DNA of 64,000 nt from Balanoglossus misakiensis (GCA_040954595.2 CM082586.2:2547124-2611123), one strand, 5' to 3'; positions 41,013-54,662 are shown, numbered from the stretch's first letter. Notes: generated by a model not told the origin, from the sequence alone. Numbers and translations are program-made.

Positions 41013-41850
41013 TTTTATTGTGTGACTCCTGGTGCTATAGTATTACCCCTTTGAAAGTGCATGTGTGCTTTGCAGGTAGAAAGCTGATGAGAAAGGAAAG
41101 TTCTGTCTGGATCTTTATCAAGTTGTGCTTGCAAAAGTGTGGCCATACTCTAAATACAATGGTGATATACACATTAAGCTTTGACAGCCACAATTGATCA
41201 GTTGTGTCAATAAAATAAATTATATTGTAAGATCACATTGCAAAAATTAATACGTGTGCGGCAGCTTTATTTGATTGTGTTTGTTCAACACAATTTATCG
41301 GTTGACAGCTTGGTGAGGTCTTCGTTTTAAACATTGCAGCCCGCTGACAAAATAGCAGGAGCCTGACCGCGGGACATTACTAAACGGGCAGTTACCGCAG
41401 ATACGGGGATATTTGGCAATTACCTGTCGGCTTAGGGGTTTTCTTGTAACAGGATACTGAACAGTTGGTCGTTTCGCTTGACTGAATCCGGTCTGGACTG
41501 CTGCGGTGCATTTAGTTTGTTTGAGGAGCGACTGACTTGGAAATTTTAGAGCTGGACTGGTTCATGTGAGTGAGTAAGTGTCTTTGTGTGGTGATATGAC
41601 TTCGTGGAATATTTGCCATGGCAGAGTTTGAGTGATAATCTGATATTCTGTTATATTTTACCATATGACCCAGATTGTATGGCTACCGGTATCGTAAGCA
41701 TTCTCTGAGAAATGGGTCATTCATTTGTTTTAATTCAACAGGTGCCTGAAATGTCCAATTTGGCCAGTGGATGGTCCACATTTCCAAACACAATTCATGA
41801 GTCACTTTTCAGTAAAGTGTAAATTTTCTCTGAGACTTAATTGCTAGTGG

Positions 41851-41944
41851 TTTTACCCTTTCACCACCATGGTGTGGTCCAAATCCATCGTTTTCTATAG
41901 TAACATTGGACCTCTATAGAGGGATCTGGGGATGAAAGGGTTAA
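41851..41944 (+). mobile_element. ~90-bp MITE with CCCTTTCA...TGAAAGGG termini and TTAA flank (piggyBac-like signature)
   Basis: Terminal inverted repeats ccctttca/tgaaaggg, right flank TTAA, related copies at 28758 and 46494. Confidence 0.75.
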
Positions 41945-42554
41945 TCCATAGACAGTAGAAAAGAGGCTAACCACAGTTCATGTTTACATTGATGTTGAGT
42001 GTCTGTAGAATTGATGGTATCTTGAATGTACGCACACACAAAAATTGTCATGATACTACACTGTATTATTCTCAGTAAGCCTTAAAGAGAGCCTCTTAAT
42101 AAGAAAGCACTCGTTAACATTTGACCCCTTCTCAATTAGAGACACTTTAATCTCTTCCAGTAATTAGGACTGTGGCTTTAATTGGCTGTAATCTATGTCA
42201 ACTATTGACACTCTGCCATTGCTCATTAAGTCATATTTCCGATGTCCAGCTCGGTGACAGTACTGTTGACAGTTCCGTCCTATTCATGGCAGTTTTTAAT
42301 GAACTCGAGGGAAACCTCTCAAAATGCAGCTGTGTACATGCAGTTATACCGTATGTTGTAGATGATAATACGTTTATGCACGTATTGCGTAATCAATTCC
42401 TTCTGTGATAAATGCACGCACCAGAATTCAATCTGAAGGTGTTCCCCTTATTGTAAATATAATTCTTTATTTTTGTTCTGTCTTCCAGAGAAAATTGTAT
42501 ATCGGCTCTGATAATACCCAATGTTGATGATTCAGATGTACAGATGTTTCTATC

Positions 42555-45500
42555 ATGAAGACCTTTGCTTTCCTTCACAGTAAGTACTCCGTTGGCAGTT
42601 ATAGATGAATGTAACTTTAGTAGATGAGAGCAAAGCTTGGCCAGGCAGTGTATGAGAGAGAGAGAGAGAGAGAGCACTTGTAAATATCCCAGCAACATTA
42701 AAGGATCAACCCAAACCCATGTTGTACTAGCTGTACAGGTACAAGTGCTGATCATGCTAAACCTTCCAATAACAACAAGAACAACTTTTTTTTTCTCTCT
42801 ACAGTTTTGACTCTTATTCTAATGGTCATACCAGTAATATATGCGGAGACTGGTACAAGTCCAATCTATCCAACATTAGCAACTACAGGTGAAAGTAAAA
42901 CAACTGCGGCCATGGATACAGACTCATCGACCACGCTCTATACAACACAAATGGCAACAACAACCAACCCAGTTGAGACAACCACAAGTCCAACCGTGCC
43001 TGGTACAACAACCATGTGGCCAACAAACAGTAGAACAACAGTAGGAGTGACAACTGCAGAGACAACAGCAAGCATGCCTACAACAGCAGGAAGTGGAACA
43101 ACAGCACCAGATTCTACAGCAGTGGACCCCACATCACCTTCTGCTAGGACTTCACCTGATGTGACTAGCGCAGCATCGACAACAGCGAGTCAGTCACCAA
43201 CAGAACCGGAACAGACTGAGGCAAGAACAACTAGAGACAGGTTAACAACAGGTAGAGTGACGACAGTTATATCGACAACAGAGGGCACAGGAACTGATCT
43301 ATCAACTTACAGCACAACAAGAGCTGTTGTGGATACAACTACTTCTGCAGATTCACTCACCACTCTAGGCACAACTGATATGAGCACACCTAGTATAGTT
43401 GGCACCACTACTTTTGTGAACACACCCACTGTTGCAGGCACGACTTCCAATGCGGACACGACTCCTGTGTCAGATACAACTATATTTGAGAGCACTGCTA
43501 CTATTGGGGTCACAACAACTGACACAGGTATGACTAGTGGTGTAGACACAACCACCAGTTTAGACACAACTTCTTTGGTCAACACAACTACTGTAGAACA
43601 TCCTACTACTATTAGTAGCACACATGCTGTTTCTGACACAACTCCAGTGGTTGGTACATCAACTGATGCAGGCACATCCTCTATTGCAGACACAACCACT
43701 GAATTGGACACAAGCACTGTTGCAGCCACATTAACTGCTGTGCGCGAAACAACTGCTGAACTGGACCCAACTTCTGCCTTGAATGCAACTACTGGATCTA
43801 ATACAACCACTAATGCCATGGACACACCTACTTTTGCAGAAACATCTGCACACCTGGCCACAACTACTTCTGTAGGAACAACTACTTCAGCTGACACAAG
43901 TAATGCAGCAACAACCGAGATACAAACTACTACTGAAACAACTACCTTGGCGCCATTGACCACAGGGAGGACAACGGAAAGTACGACATTCGCAGCAGAA
44001 ACAACTGTGGTCAATGGAACTGAAGAATCCGTAACATCTATGCAAATGACAGATGCTCGGACGACGAATGCAGCAACCTCTGGAATGGAAACAACACGTG
44101 CGGCCACAACAGTCACAACAACAGAAGGGACAACTTATGCAACAGTGACAGATTTGAACAGTACTGCAGCAGAATCAACTCTGCAAACAGAAGCATATGA
44201 TACAACATCTGCGATGGAGACCACTACGGTAAATGTGACAAATGCCACAACACAGTCGGAGACAACCATAACAGATGTGGTAACTACAGCTGGTGGAACG
44301 AGTACGGTGGCACCACCAACTGGTCACATGACAACTGAAGCCTCCTCTGCAGTGACTTCATCCACCAGTGCAACCACTTCTGGAATTACAACGTTACCAG
44401 CAACCGAGGAAATAACAACTACAAATGGTGTGACAACTGATATGTTAACAACTGAGGAAACGGTAGTAACCACTCCAAGAGTTGTGACCACTCCTGTTGT
44501 GACAACAGAACAAACAACAAATGTGCAGACAACTGCTGTGACAAGTGATCGGACGACAGAAGGAACAACTGCAGAGACAACAGGAGTTATCACAACTCCT
44601 GTCCGGACAACAGAACAAACAAGTACAGGGACCACTCCAAGAGTTGTGACAACTGATCGGACAACAGCAAAGACGACTATAATGACAACTCCGAGAGTTG
44701 TGTCTACTCCTGCCCAGACAACAGAAGAAGCAACTCTTCTGACAACTCCAACAGTTGCAACAACTCCTGGGGTAACAACAGAATTAACAACAACAGTAAC
44801 AACTCCATTAGTTGTGACAACCAACCAGCCGACAGAAAGAATTACAACAGTGACAACTCCAGGAGTCGTGACAACTCCTGTTCTGACAACTGATCGGACT
44901 ACCAGAGGCCCAACCACAATCACAACTCCAAGCATTGTGACAACTGTTCGGACAACTGAAGGGCCAACCACTGTGACAACTCAAAGAGTTGCAACAACTG
45001 ATCGGACTACCAGAGGCCCAACTACAGTTACAACTCCAAGCGCTGTGACAACTCCCGTTCGGACAACTGAAGGGCCGACTTCAGCCACAACTCCAAGAGT
45101 TATGACTACAACAAAGAAGACAACCATAGTGACAACGCAAAAGATTATGACTACAGAATCACCAACGACCCAACAGACACAGGCAACAACCAATGAGACT
45201 GTTTTGACTACTGAATTGGCCGAAGAACCAGCTGCTGGCTTAAGTACAGGTGCGGTTGTGGCCATAGCAATTGGAGGTGTACTAGTAATAATTGTCATAA
45301 GTAAGTATAATTTCAGACAATGTCCATTTGCTGGGTATTTTATGGCGATTTGCTACCTTAGCAAATATTATGATATGTCAAAAAGTGCCCCAATTGTTTA
45401 AAATACATGTATTCAGTTATCAATCTCTTGACTAATCTCAGTTGTAATTTTGTGTTATATAGTTCTACTGATTGTATTATTCTGTCGGCGAAGAAGAGAT

Positions 45501-45895
45501 TCCTCATCTTATGATTTCAGTCGGACCGATCCGTGGGATGATACGATAAGTGCCAAATATATCAATGGACGCATTCAACTACCAAGGGTTAGTTCAAAAC
45601 TAGAGTGTTCTTTCTCTTAGACTTGAATGGCAAAAGAGACGTTTAGTTGTCACATTCTCCCCAAGAGGGCGCTATATGATGCTCAAATGTGATTTGCAGC
45701 CTACCAGCCTAGTAATAACACCAGTGTCTTTGAATGTTTATTAACTAAATCTAAATTCTTTATAATTTTGATTGACAGGAGTACAGTACAGAGATGAAAT
45801 CAAACTACAACCAATCCTTTGATACTTTTGGTGAAAATGATAATCTGGGGACATTTAATTATTGGGCTGAAGATTCTGCACACACAACCCTTTGA
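42555..45895 (+). CDS. Thr-rich type I transmembrane mucin (sialomucin-like), ~920 aa, 4 coding exons
   Basis: Exons 42555-42579, 42805-45300, 45463-45587, 45779-45895 (2763 nt, in frame). Signal peptide MKTFAFLHILTLILMVIPVIYA; ~790-aa T/S/P-rich ectodomain with no Cys; TM GAVVAIAIGGVLVIIVIILLIVLF followed by CRRRR; tail ends ...AHTTL*. Confidence 0.88.
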
Positions 45896-46493
45896 GAGTG
45901 GAATAGTTTTGGTATGGTATGGACCCGACCAACCGCCTCATATGAAATGACGTGCAATATATCCTGACTAGGTCATAGGTGGAAAAGCTCTCTTGAGTTA
46001 AACCATGTTTGATTGTGAAAAATTGTTCAAGACAAAGACTGAAAGAGATGGGCAGCTATATTTTAATAATTTTTTTAAAAGAGTTGTTTTTTGGGGGAGG
46101 GGGGGGGGAGAGTTTGCTCCTTTCAAAGGGCAAGTCATAAATATGTACAGTAAAATTTCAGCAGAAGTCTAATGTTTTTGGGTCATAAATTATAAAAAGG
46201 AAATGCTAAAAGACATAAAATACTTTGTTTACTGTAGGGTTTTTATGCTTAAAATGTGAGCCAAGTTGTATGTGTATTACACACATATAACATGGCATTT
46301 TTATTGAGTGATACGGATAATGATATTTAACCAATGAGGAGCTTTCTAATACAATTTTTAACGTGCCAAATTTTTACATATGAAGTATAACTCCAATCTT
46401 ATTAGTTTATTTCCGTCTCTTCTCTATAAAGCACAGTCATAGACACTGCCCTCACAGTTCAAGTTGAACTTTGCTGGTTGTATGATCATAGTG

Positions 46494-46578
46494 CTTTCAC
46501 CCCTGTTTCCCTGTATAGAGGTCCACCTTGACCATAGAAGACAATGGGTTGGACCAAATTAGGGGGTGGAAGGGTTAA
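46494..46578 (-). mobile_element. Reverse-orientation copy of the TTAA-CCC MITE
   Basis: ctttcacccc...tatagaggtcca...gggtggaagggttaa is the reverse-complement homologue of 41851-41944. Confidence 0.7.
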
Positions 46579-49500
46579 AATACTCAGCCAGATTGGTATT
46601 ATTCAGTGGTGTCTGTCCTCATCTGGATTGAATGATAAATCTACCGTACTTACAAATGCTGTGCAGTGGACAGAGAAAAGAATCGATTTTGTCCTGAAGA
46701 CAATAGGCATTCAAGCATTTTCTTTCAACTGTCTCAAATTTTTTTTCCTGCAGGGACATGTTTATGCCTTATTGTTTATCCAGTGAGTCAGTCTTCAAGT
46801 ATGTTGGAAGTAATCTAAAATTAGTCATTGATCAGTACTGCTAGTGTTACCTTTTATTATCACCAAAATGCCCACCTCTCTGCCACATTCATCAGTTTAT
46901 GTTGTTAATTGTCAAGTGACACTGTGGTATTCAGCCTGGGGGTGGGGGCACTCACCCCTAACTGAACTCATATATTTTATTGGCCCCAATTCGAAATCAT
47001 TGCCACCGCTGTTCCAGAGGATCTCGCAGGGAGATATAAATGTAGGCTAGGGAGACCCTGAACCTTTGGAGAAAGTAGGTTGACCAGTGGGCCGGGTGAC
47101 CTTGGAGCTGTAGAATAAATTAACCATTTTGAATCTCTTGCTTTACATTTTCACACGGGTCAAAAATCTTGCTTGACTTTATCACCAGGGTGAAGAAAAG
47201 CAGCTTTGAAAGACCACGGCGCGAATTGTTACCCTCTTCTTTTGTCAGGCGACAAGTACAGAGCACCCGCATCAGTCTTTCTCTCCATACGGGTTAATTG
47301 TTACAAACGTCAATCACTCTGACAATGTATGTCCCTACCTACACGGTGTTAGGAGAATTTGTGAATTTATAGTACAGCGTGGCCTGCATGTGACATGCAT
47401 GTGTGGTATTCGTGTTATTTTGCCGTCGGCCTTGTTGCTCACCCACCTGACTGGTGTAAAGTGACCATCACCAATTACCTATCTATGATGTTTATACGGG
47501 GACAAGAGGGACCAGCTTTCTAATTCTTGCAGTGGTCTATTTGAAACAAAAATATGTCATGTGGCATTAGTGTAACAAAACCCTAGAAACAGGTTTACTT
47601 GTAAGATTGCCACAATCTTCCAGAACGTATTGAATGCTTGTTTGGTGAATGACTGGCAAGTACAGTGTATACAAGCATATCATATTTTCTTTCACCAGAT
47701 CTAAGTGGCAAAGATCCATAACACACTCTCAAATATTTCACCTGAGACTGTTCTGACAGATGTTAGGTATCTGTTACTCTCTAGTGAGAAAGCAAATGGT
47801 TTTTGATGGGAAAAATGGGCATTTTGACTTTAAGTGTGAAAGTCTGCCATCTTACAGGACATGTCAGTCATACAAAAAAAATGATAATTTACAGGTAGAA
47901 ACTCTTCAGGACGTAGCATATGACTGTGTATCAAATGAGAAATATTGAGGTCACACAGGAACCATTAAGATGTTTCTGAACCATCTCAGATGAAATACTG
48001 GCGTAAATTATTATGTGTGAACAGTTTAAGTGATCCTGAAATGTCTTAGATTTGAGACAGCTTTGCCAGCCAGACCTGAGCCAGTGTAAGGATTAACACC
48101 TCTCCGCAAACCATTGCCCGCTATGGGACTGAGCCTCAGCGCAGATACACAAACTTCGAGTGTGTGGACACAGCCATTCAAAGAATTACTGCTCTGTGTT
48201 TACCATAGGCAAATAATGTCTCAAACTTTACCCTGTGTGAACCTGGTAAAAATACTGTGAACAGAGCAGGTGTTTACCACAGAAACCATTTATTGATATT
48301 TGTTGTGGGATGTTATTTACTGCTTGTGTCATGGCTACTTGACACGCGGAGGACCTGTTTGTAGGTCATTTGTACATGCAACATTTGGCCTGCTCATACA
48401 TGGATGTAAACAATGAATATTTAAAATAGCTGACCTTAGAAAACAAAAGTTGAACGAACTCAGAAGGGTGATAAAAATTGCGCAGGTAGTAAAAACAGTA
48501 AACATTGAATTTTCTTTCTGGTGGCTTGTAGTTGATGTTGTTTTTTTATTTCAAGGCAGCTAAAGGATTGGCATCCATCCAGGGAAGATCATTTGTTGAC
48601 CAGGCACACATAGTGTTGGGTACAAAGAAGGTCTGTGATGGTGACTTGCCTTTGAATTGGTATACAATAAGACACTTTGTGCCTGGGGGACTTAGATGCC
48701 ATGTACGGCCTGTGCTAAATGTGCAGCCAAGCAAATTAACATCTACTGTACTGGAGGTATTAAATAGACATCAGTCAATACTTGGGACAATAACAGCTTG
48801 CAGCAAGGGTTAGGTCAGATAGACTAAATATATCATATGTATATGTGTAAGGTAACATATGTATGCTTGCAGAGAGATAATCTATTTCAAGGCTATATGC
48901 AAATGGTTCTTTTCTAAATGCTATTTCAGTACAGTTTATCATGCTTGTCAAGGCAATTAATTTATTCTAAAAATACCATTCTACCCGTTTTCAGTCATTT
49001 TATGTTTAAAGTGAAAAATGTGTATTTTTAATGCTGCAGTAGCGTATTTATTCGGTGAATGGTTACTGTTTCTGGTGTGACTGCATGAAATATGTTGAAA
49101 TTCCCAGTATTTTGGCTTGTCAGGGTTCAGTGATGCAAAACACAGGCATTTGCAATGACATGTGCTGTATGTGTTTATAACTGTATAATGCGCGTTCTCT
49201 TATCGAGGCAGGTTTCATGTATATGTGCATGCGATCGTCTGTTAGGCATGCATTCGTGTACCGGTACAGTTCAGTAGGGAGGTGAATTGAAAACGAGGTC
49301 TGCCTGTGTGTGTGTGTGTGTGTGTGTGTGCATGTGCAAGTATGTGGTCTGATGTTTTGCAAGCAGTCTACAGATGTCATATTTTTGGATAAAGAATTGA
49401 AGAAAAAAATGCAATATATCCACCCACCTTGCTTTGTAAATATGAACGTACTAGTATATAGTGATATATTTTAAACAAGTGTTCTCGTTTTACTAGACAG

Positions 49501-50223
49501 TGTACTGAACTCCAAGTGTTTGTGTCTGATTTGTGTGGTGGTCGTCATTGCAAAGTGTATGTGCGATTTCATGTGTCAGTTCCTAACTTCTAAATGAGAG
49601 ATTTGAAAATGTTTTATTTCACCAGATTACACCTTGCCATTTTATATTATTAACTCAATTTAGGCAGCTCATACTTTTAAAGAATTTTTATGAAATTTCA
49701 CAAATCACATGGGAAAGTTTGGAAATGCAGTATTTTAACCAAAAACACATCAGTATTATCTTTGAACCTCCAAACTTGCTATTTAAAAAAATTGGGCACG
49801 AACTACTAGTATCACATTTCTCTTTTGTTCAATTTTTCTAGACTGTGTGATGTAAACGCAGTGATTATATTGGGACTTATTTTATGTAATAACCCTGATT
49901 TGATTTTTATTTGGGCAGCTTGTACTCATATTTGCTTTTTAAGAGTGTTTGTTAGGCTTTATTTGCCTGCTTGCTGTATTTTCAAGAAGTAAGCTTACAT
50001 GTATGAATGCAAAATGCATGCCTCTAACTTTATTTTTCGGCAAACAAATCAAAGTACTTTCGTTTTTCCCAGCTCTTTGCCATGTCCAAGCCGTTCTAGG
50101 ACAGTCACCCCCGGGATGTTTAGCCATTGGTCACTTTTCACAACCCTATACTAACCATGGCCATGACTGATTAATGTCCAGGGGGTGTCAGTCCACACAC
50201 AGTGACATGAAACCAAAGGACAG

Positions 50224-50488
50224 CACCTCAGTTTGACGAAGGTATTAAACAATAAAAAAATGTCAAACATACGCGGATTTGCAACAAAGTAACAAAAAGA
50301 AAAAAAATGTAACAAAAAATTAATGGGCCAGTGAATTTCACTCAGGAAACAAAAGGAAATCACCTCAGTTTGTAACAATAGTAACAAAAATACTTCAAAC
50401 GTACCCCCATTGGCAACAAAGTAAAAGAAATCAAAGAAAATGTAACTAAAATTCAATTTTTATTGACCAATGAATTTCTCACAAAACC
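50224..50488. repeat. Degenerate ~137-bp tandem duplication
   Basis: Two units, each starting CACCTCAGTTTG (50224, 50361) and sharing GCAACAAAGTAA, AAAATGTAAC and TGAATTTC. Confidence 0.65.
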
Positions 50489-51834
50489 AATGGCAAAATG
50501 CGAGAAAAAGTGCAGTTCTTGGATCCTGTTAATTTAGTAATTTAAAATTTGAGATATAGGAGTGAGCTGGGCATAGCAAATGATATGGCACCTTTTCATA
50601 ATCTTGATAGAAAACAATTATTTATAGCCAGTAAAGGTCATAAATGTCGAATGAAATATTAAAATTATGTGTATATATTTGACATTTACATAAATCTTAT
50701 TTTAATTGTAAAATTAAACTTATTACTTGATGTTCTGTATTTGTATGTTTGAAATAATTTTGTATTGCCGATTTTTGAGATTTAAAGTGCAATTTATGTA
50801 TTTTTTTAATTGTTCAGATCATTAATGTATACTGCAGTAATAGGAAATTTACCAAGAAAGGGGGAAGTTCTGTAATGTTGTTGTTTACCCAGGCATGTTG
50901 GGAACCACTTGATGTTCATGGCAGGCTTCGCCTACCAACTCTTGAGAATTTGAAAGCAGGCAAAATGGGTTGTACATGCATCAAAGCTAAATGATGAAAA
51001 TATTAAAACTTTGGAATCGATTCTGTTGTAAAACTTGTACGAATCCGCTTGATTTTTCGAAAACATTCCGTGGGTTTGTTCTGAAAAGCTGAGAGGAGAA
51101 ATTATATCTGTAACAAAAATCACTGAGAATCAGATTTGAAAAGGGGAAAAAACCCATTCATATGTAAACAAGGGTCGCCGTCGTTTTTAGAATTGTGCAA
51201 CATGTGTTAGAGTGCGTCCCTGGATCAAAGTGCCCCACCTCAATTCCCATGCTGGTGGAAACGACGTTAAACGTATGTTAGCGACGCTGACGCACTGAAG
51301 AAACTTGGAGTGATTTCTGAGACCATTACAAGTAGTCCGAATCGGTAAGAGCTCCACTAAGTGACCATTGAAGCAAAACGTATACGTATCTTTAACATAT
51401 GTTGTATATTTGACAATAGCGCTGTAGCTATAAGTGAAAGGCCTACAAGCACTCAGTTGATCACGGCCACAGAGAGTGAACGTGCATGTATTTAGGCAAC
51501 AAGTACTTGACGCCAAAACCAGGGTTGATTGTGTCCACAGTCACCATACTTATCGTTGATACAATTGTATATCATTCGATATTGATTCTGTCATATACTG
51601 TTTTTGATTCCTCTGGATGCATCCAATGCAACGTCACACGTTTATCCGCCATAGTGGTGACATCACCATACCACCAGCATTCTCGTCATATGATGCGCTC
51701 CAGTTAGCTGGCGTGTATTCACTCTTTCTTTATATAGGGTTATAGTCTATTTATACTCCGACGATATCCGTGTATAAAACGTAACCCACTGGTAATACTG
51801 ACTTTAGTTTCCAATTGCCCTTCAGGTGACAACG

Positions 51835-53490
51835 ATGTTTTCCAAACCAAAGCAAAGTTACCTACATGCCGCATCGCGCTTTCCATTGACTGGGAAAACC
51901 TTGTGCGATTCCCTCGACCAATCAGCGGCCAGGTTCCCCGATCGAGAGGCTTACGTTTTCGTCAAGAATTCCACCAAGAAACGGTTCACGTTCAGACAAC
52001 TACGAGAAGATGCTCTCCGTCTGGCCGCTGGTTTCGTTCACCTTGGTTTCGTGCCAGGTCAGCGTGTTGGAATCTGGTCCAACAATTGCTACGAGTGGGT
52101 CACTTCCCTCTATGCGATGGGTTACGCCAAACTGGTTTGCATTCGTGTATGGCCTGATTACAAGGAAGAGTATCTGGAATACGTGATCAACAAAACCCAA
52201 ACCAGCGCTTTGATCCTCGCTTCCGGTGGCGACGAAGAGAGAGCCCTGCTGAATGTCTGTCCTGAGATGCAGAGAACTGCAGGCATCACCTCGAAACTAC
52301 CGTCTCTTCAGACCGTGATTCACCTTGGTAGTGAAGACAAGCCAGGCATGATACGATATGCAGACGTCCTGACGATGGGGGATAAGGAAGATTTCAAGCA
52401 CGTCCAGGATTTGCGACAATCTGTTGGGCAAGATGATGAACTGGTAATGCAGTTCACGTCCGGCAGTACAGGGATGCCGAAGGTAGTGGTCAAATCGCAT
52501 AGATGCATACTGGAAAATGTACATGCATTAGGTCGACACCTGTCGGAATTTACCGAAGGAGATGTTTGCTTTCTGTCGATGAGCTCCTTCGCCTATGCAA
52601 GCGGCGATCGTTCCTCCTTTATGGGCGTCAGTCATGGTTTCAAAACGGTTATACCAGATCCTAAGTCTGGACCAGAAGCGTGGGCAACTTTGATCTCAGA
52701 AGAAAACGTCTCGGTCGTTTTTCTTCTGTTTAATTTCTTCTTGGAGTTTCTCAATCACGCCAAGGTCCAAGAGCCTGATTTGAGTTCTCTGAAGTACCTC
52801 ATCACAGCTGGTAACTTCGTTCCCGCTGAAATTCTGGAAATGGGAAGGCGCATGATACACCCGAATATTTATACCATTTTGGGAAGTACAGAGCTGGGTC
52901 TCATGACGATCAACCACAACAGCGAGAAGTTTGAAAAGGTTGGCTATCCCTTAGATCACAACGAGGTGAAAATAATCGACGACGACGGCCAAATCGTACC
53001 TCGGGGGACCACAGGAGAGCTGTGCGTAAGATCACCGTACATGATGATTAGATATGAAGGTGATGATTTCAAAACGGAGTTAGCTAAGGATAAGTCCGGC
53101 TGGTTTCACACCAACGATCTCTGTACCATGGATGAAGATGGCTGCCTTGATATCGTTGGGCGCAAGAGGGATATCATTATAAAAGGGGCCGCCAATGTCT
53201 ATCCCTTTTCTGTTGATCGAGTTCTCATCAGGCACCCAAAAGTCAAGCTGTCGCAGACGGTGGGAGTTCCCGATGAAAGATACGGAGAAGAAATTTGTGC
53301 CTGCATTTGTCTGGAAGACGGAGGAGAAGAAGCCAAGGCGGAGGAAATTGTGGAATTCGCAAGACCCCTTCTGCCAGATTTTAGCATGCCGAAGTACATA
53401 CTTTTTTTCGACGTCTTTCCTTCCAGCCCAACTGGCAAAGTTATCCGAGCTGAACTCAAACGCATGGCCCGGGAAAAGATCGGGATGTGA
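51835..53490 (+). CDS. ACSF2-like acyl-CoA synthetase / ANL-family adenylating enzyme, intronless CDS, paralogue 1
   Basis: Single 551-aa ORF from ATG 51835, with a splice acceptor ttcAG just upstream at 51824-51825. P-loop QFTSGSTGMPK, GSTE, GELCVRSPY, VGVPDERYGEEICACI and catalytic-Lys motif PTGKV. Confidence 0.93.
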   Translation: MFSKPKQSYLHAASRFPLTGKTLCDSLDQSAARFPDREAYVFVKNSTKKRFTFRQLREDALRLAAGFVHLGFVPGQRVGIWSNNCYEWVTSLYAMGYAKLVCIRVWPDYKEEYLEYVINKTQTSALILASGGDEERALLNVCPEMQRTAGITSKLPSLQTVIHLGSEDKPGMIRYADVLTMGDKEDFKHVQDLRQSVGQDDELVMQFTSGSTGMPKVVVKSHRCILENVHALGRHLSEFTEGDVCFLSMSSFAYASGDRSSFMGVSHGFKTVIPDPKSGPEAWATLISEENVSVVFLLFNFFLEFLNHAKVQEPDLSSLKYLITAGNFVPAEILEMGRRMIHPNIYTILGSTELGLMTINHNSEKFEKVGYPLDHNEVKIIDDDGQIVPRGTTGELCVRSPYMMIRYEGDDFKTELAKDKSGWFHTNDLCTMDEDGCLDIVGRKRDIIIKGAANVYPFSVDRVLIRHPKVKLSQTVGVPDERYGEEICACICLEDGGEEAKAEEIVEFARPLLPDFSMPKYILFFDVFPSSPTGKVIRAELKRMAREKIGM

Positions 53491-54153
53491 AGGCCAATTG
53501 GAAGAAAGATATAACCTCCGTCGATTTATTGATGTCCAACTCGAAACGAGCCACAGTGTCTTTCCAAACTTACTAATTTCTCACATGCATGGCCAGTTAC
53601 TAACCTCTGACCCTTAAATACCGAAGTGTTCGCCCATGGATGCAAGTGTAGTGCTGAATCGGTATATGCGATGACCAAGCCCTGATTTAAATGTGAATCT
53701 TATACACTCCAGAAAGACGTCACATTCATGCCATTTCTGTCGGTTTTATAATCCATTGACTTTGCTAAACACGACCATATTTATTCAGAAGTCAACTTTG
53801 TACAGAAGATGCATTCATCTCAACTGCATATACCAAGTTCCCTTGCCACCCAACATTTGGACATCACTCGAGATTCTAGTGCCTAGTGGAGGAAGATATT
53901 TGGAAATTATCCTATGCAATATTTGTGAGTGATCGGCTTTTGCGGGTTTGCGTGGCATGTATACTATACCATAGGTTTTCCCAGGGAATTCCTAATTAAC
54001 ATACAGCAAGGCCAAGGGGTCACTGACCGACTCCAACGGATCATGCAGTTCATCGCCTGCCTAGGCGACATATTTCGACAGTCTAGATCAACATCAGGGC
54101 TCATGTGTTTCCCTAATTTGCAGTGTCTCCACGGACGTTAATGTGTTTAAATA

Positions 54154-54364
54154 AATATACAGTATCTGACTAACCTCTCATTATAAACCAGTAATTTTTT
54201 GACAAGAAATACTTATACATAGTAATACGTAAATTTGAATATTATACATATGTAAATTTCAATTAATTAATATACATGTATATCTGACTAACCTCTCGAT
54301 ATAAACCAGTAATTTTTGACAAATGGTATACTTATGCATGTGTAAATTTGAATTAATTAATATA
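54154..54364. repeat. Imperfect tandem duplication of an AT-rich ~115-bp unit
   Basis: TATCTGACTAACCTCTC..TATAAACCAGTAATTTTT occurs at ~54163 and ~54281; TGTAAATTT.AATTAATTAATATA occurs twice. Confidence 0.85.
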
Positions 54365-54662
54365 ATCAATTAAGAGGAAATTTGGCAGCTTTAACGTATG
54401 CCAGTTCTAAGTGGGAATGGAATGTTCGATCACAACGTCAAATACTTTCACTGAGATTAATCTAACTTTCAAGACAGCCCAAGTATTGGCATTAAACAAC
54501 TTAGGAGCATAGTTCATTGACCATACAGATCCAGTGCCCAGTACAAAGAGGAGTGGTGATGACTATGCCCTTGAATTGAAATACAATAAGCCGCTCTCCG
54601 GAGACGCTTTGTGCCTGGTGGTTCGAGTCAGCTGTCGTTTTGGGGGTCATATGTATATACAT

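Noticed and set aside
42883-45298. Val-rich ORFs on -
   Set aside because: Antisense shadows of the Thr-codon-rich mucin exon.
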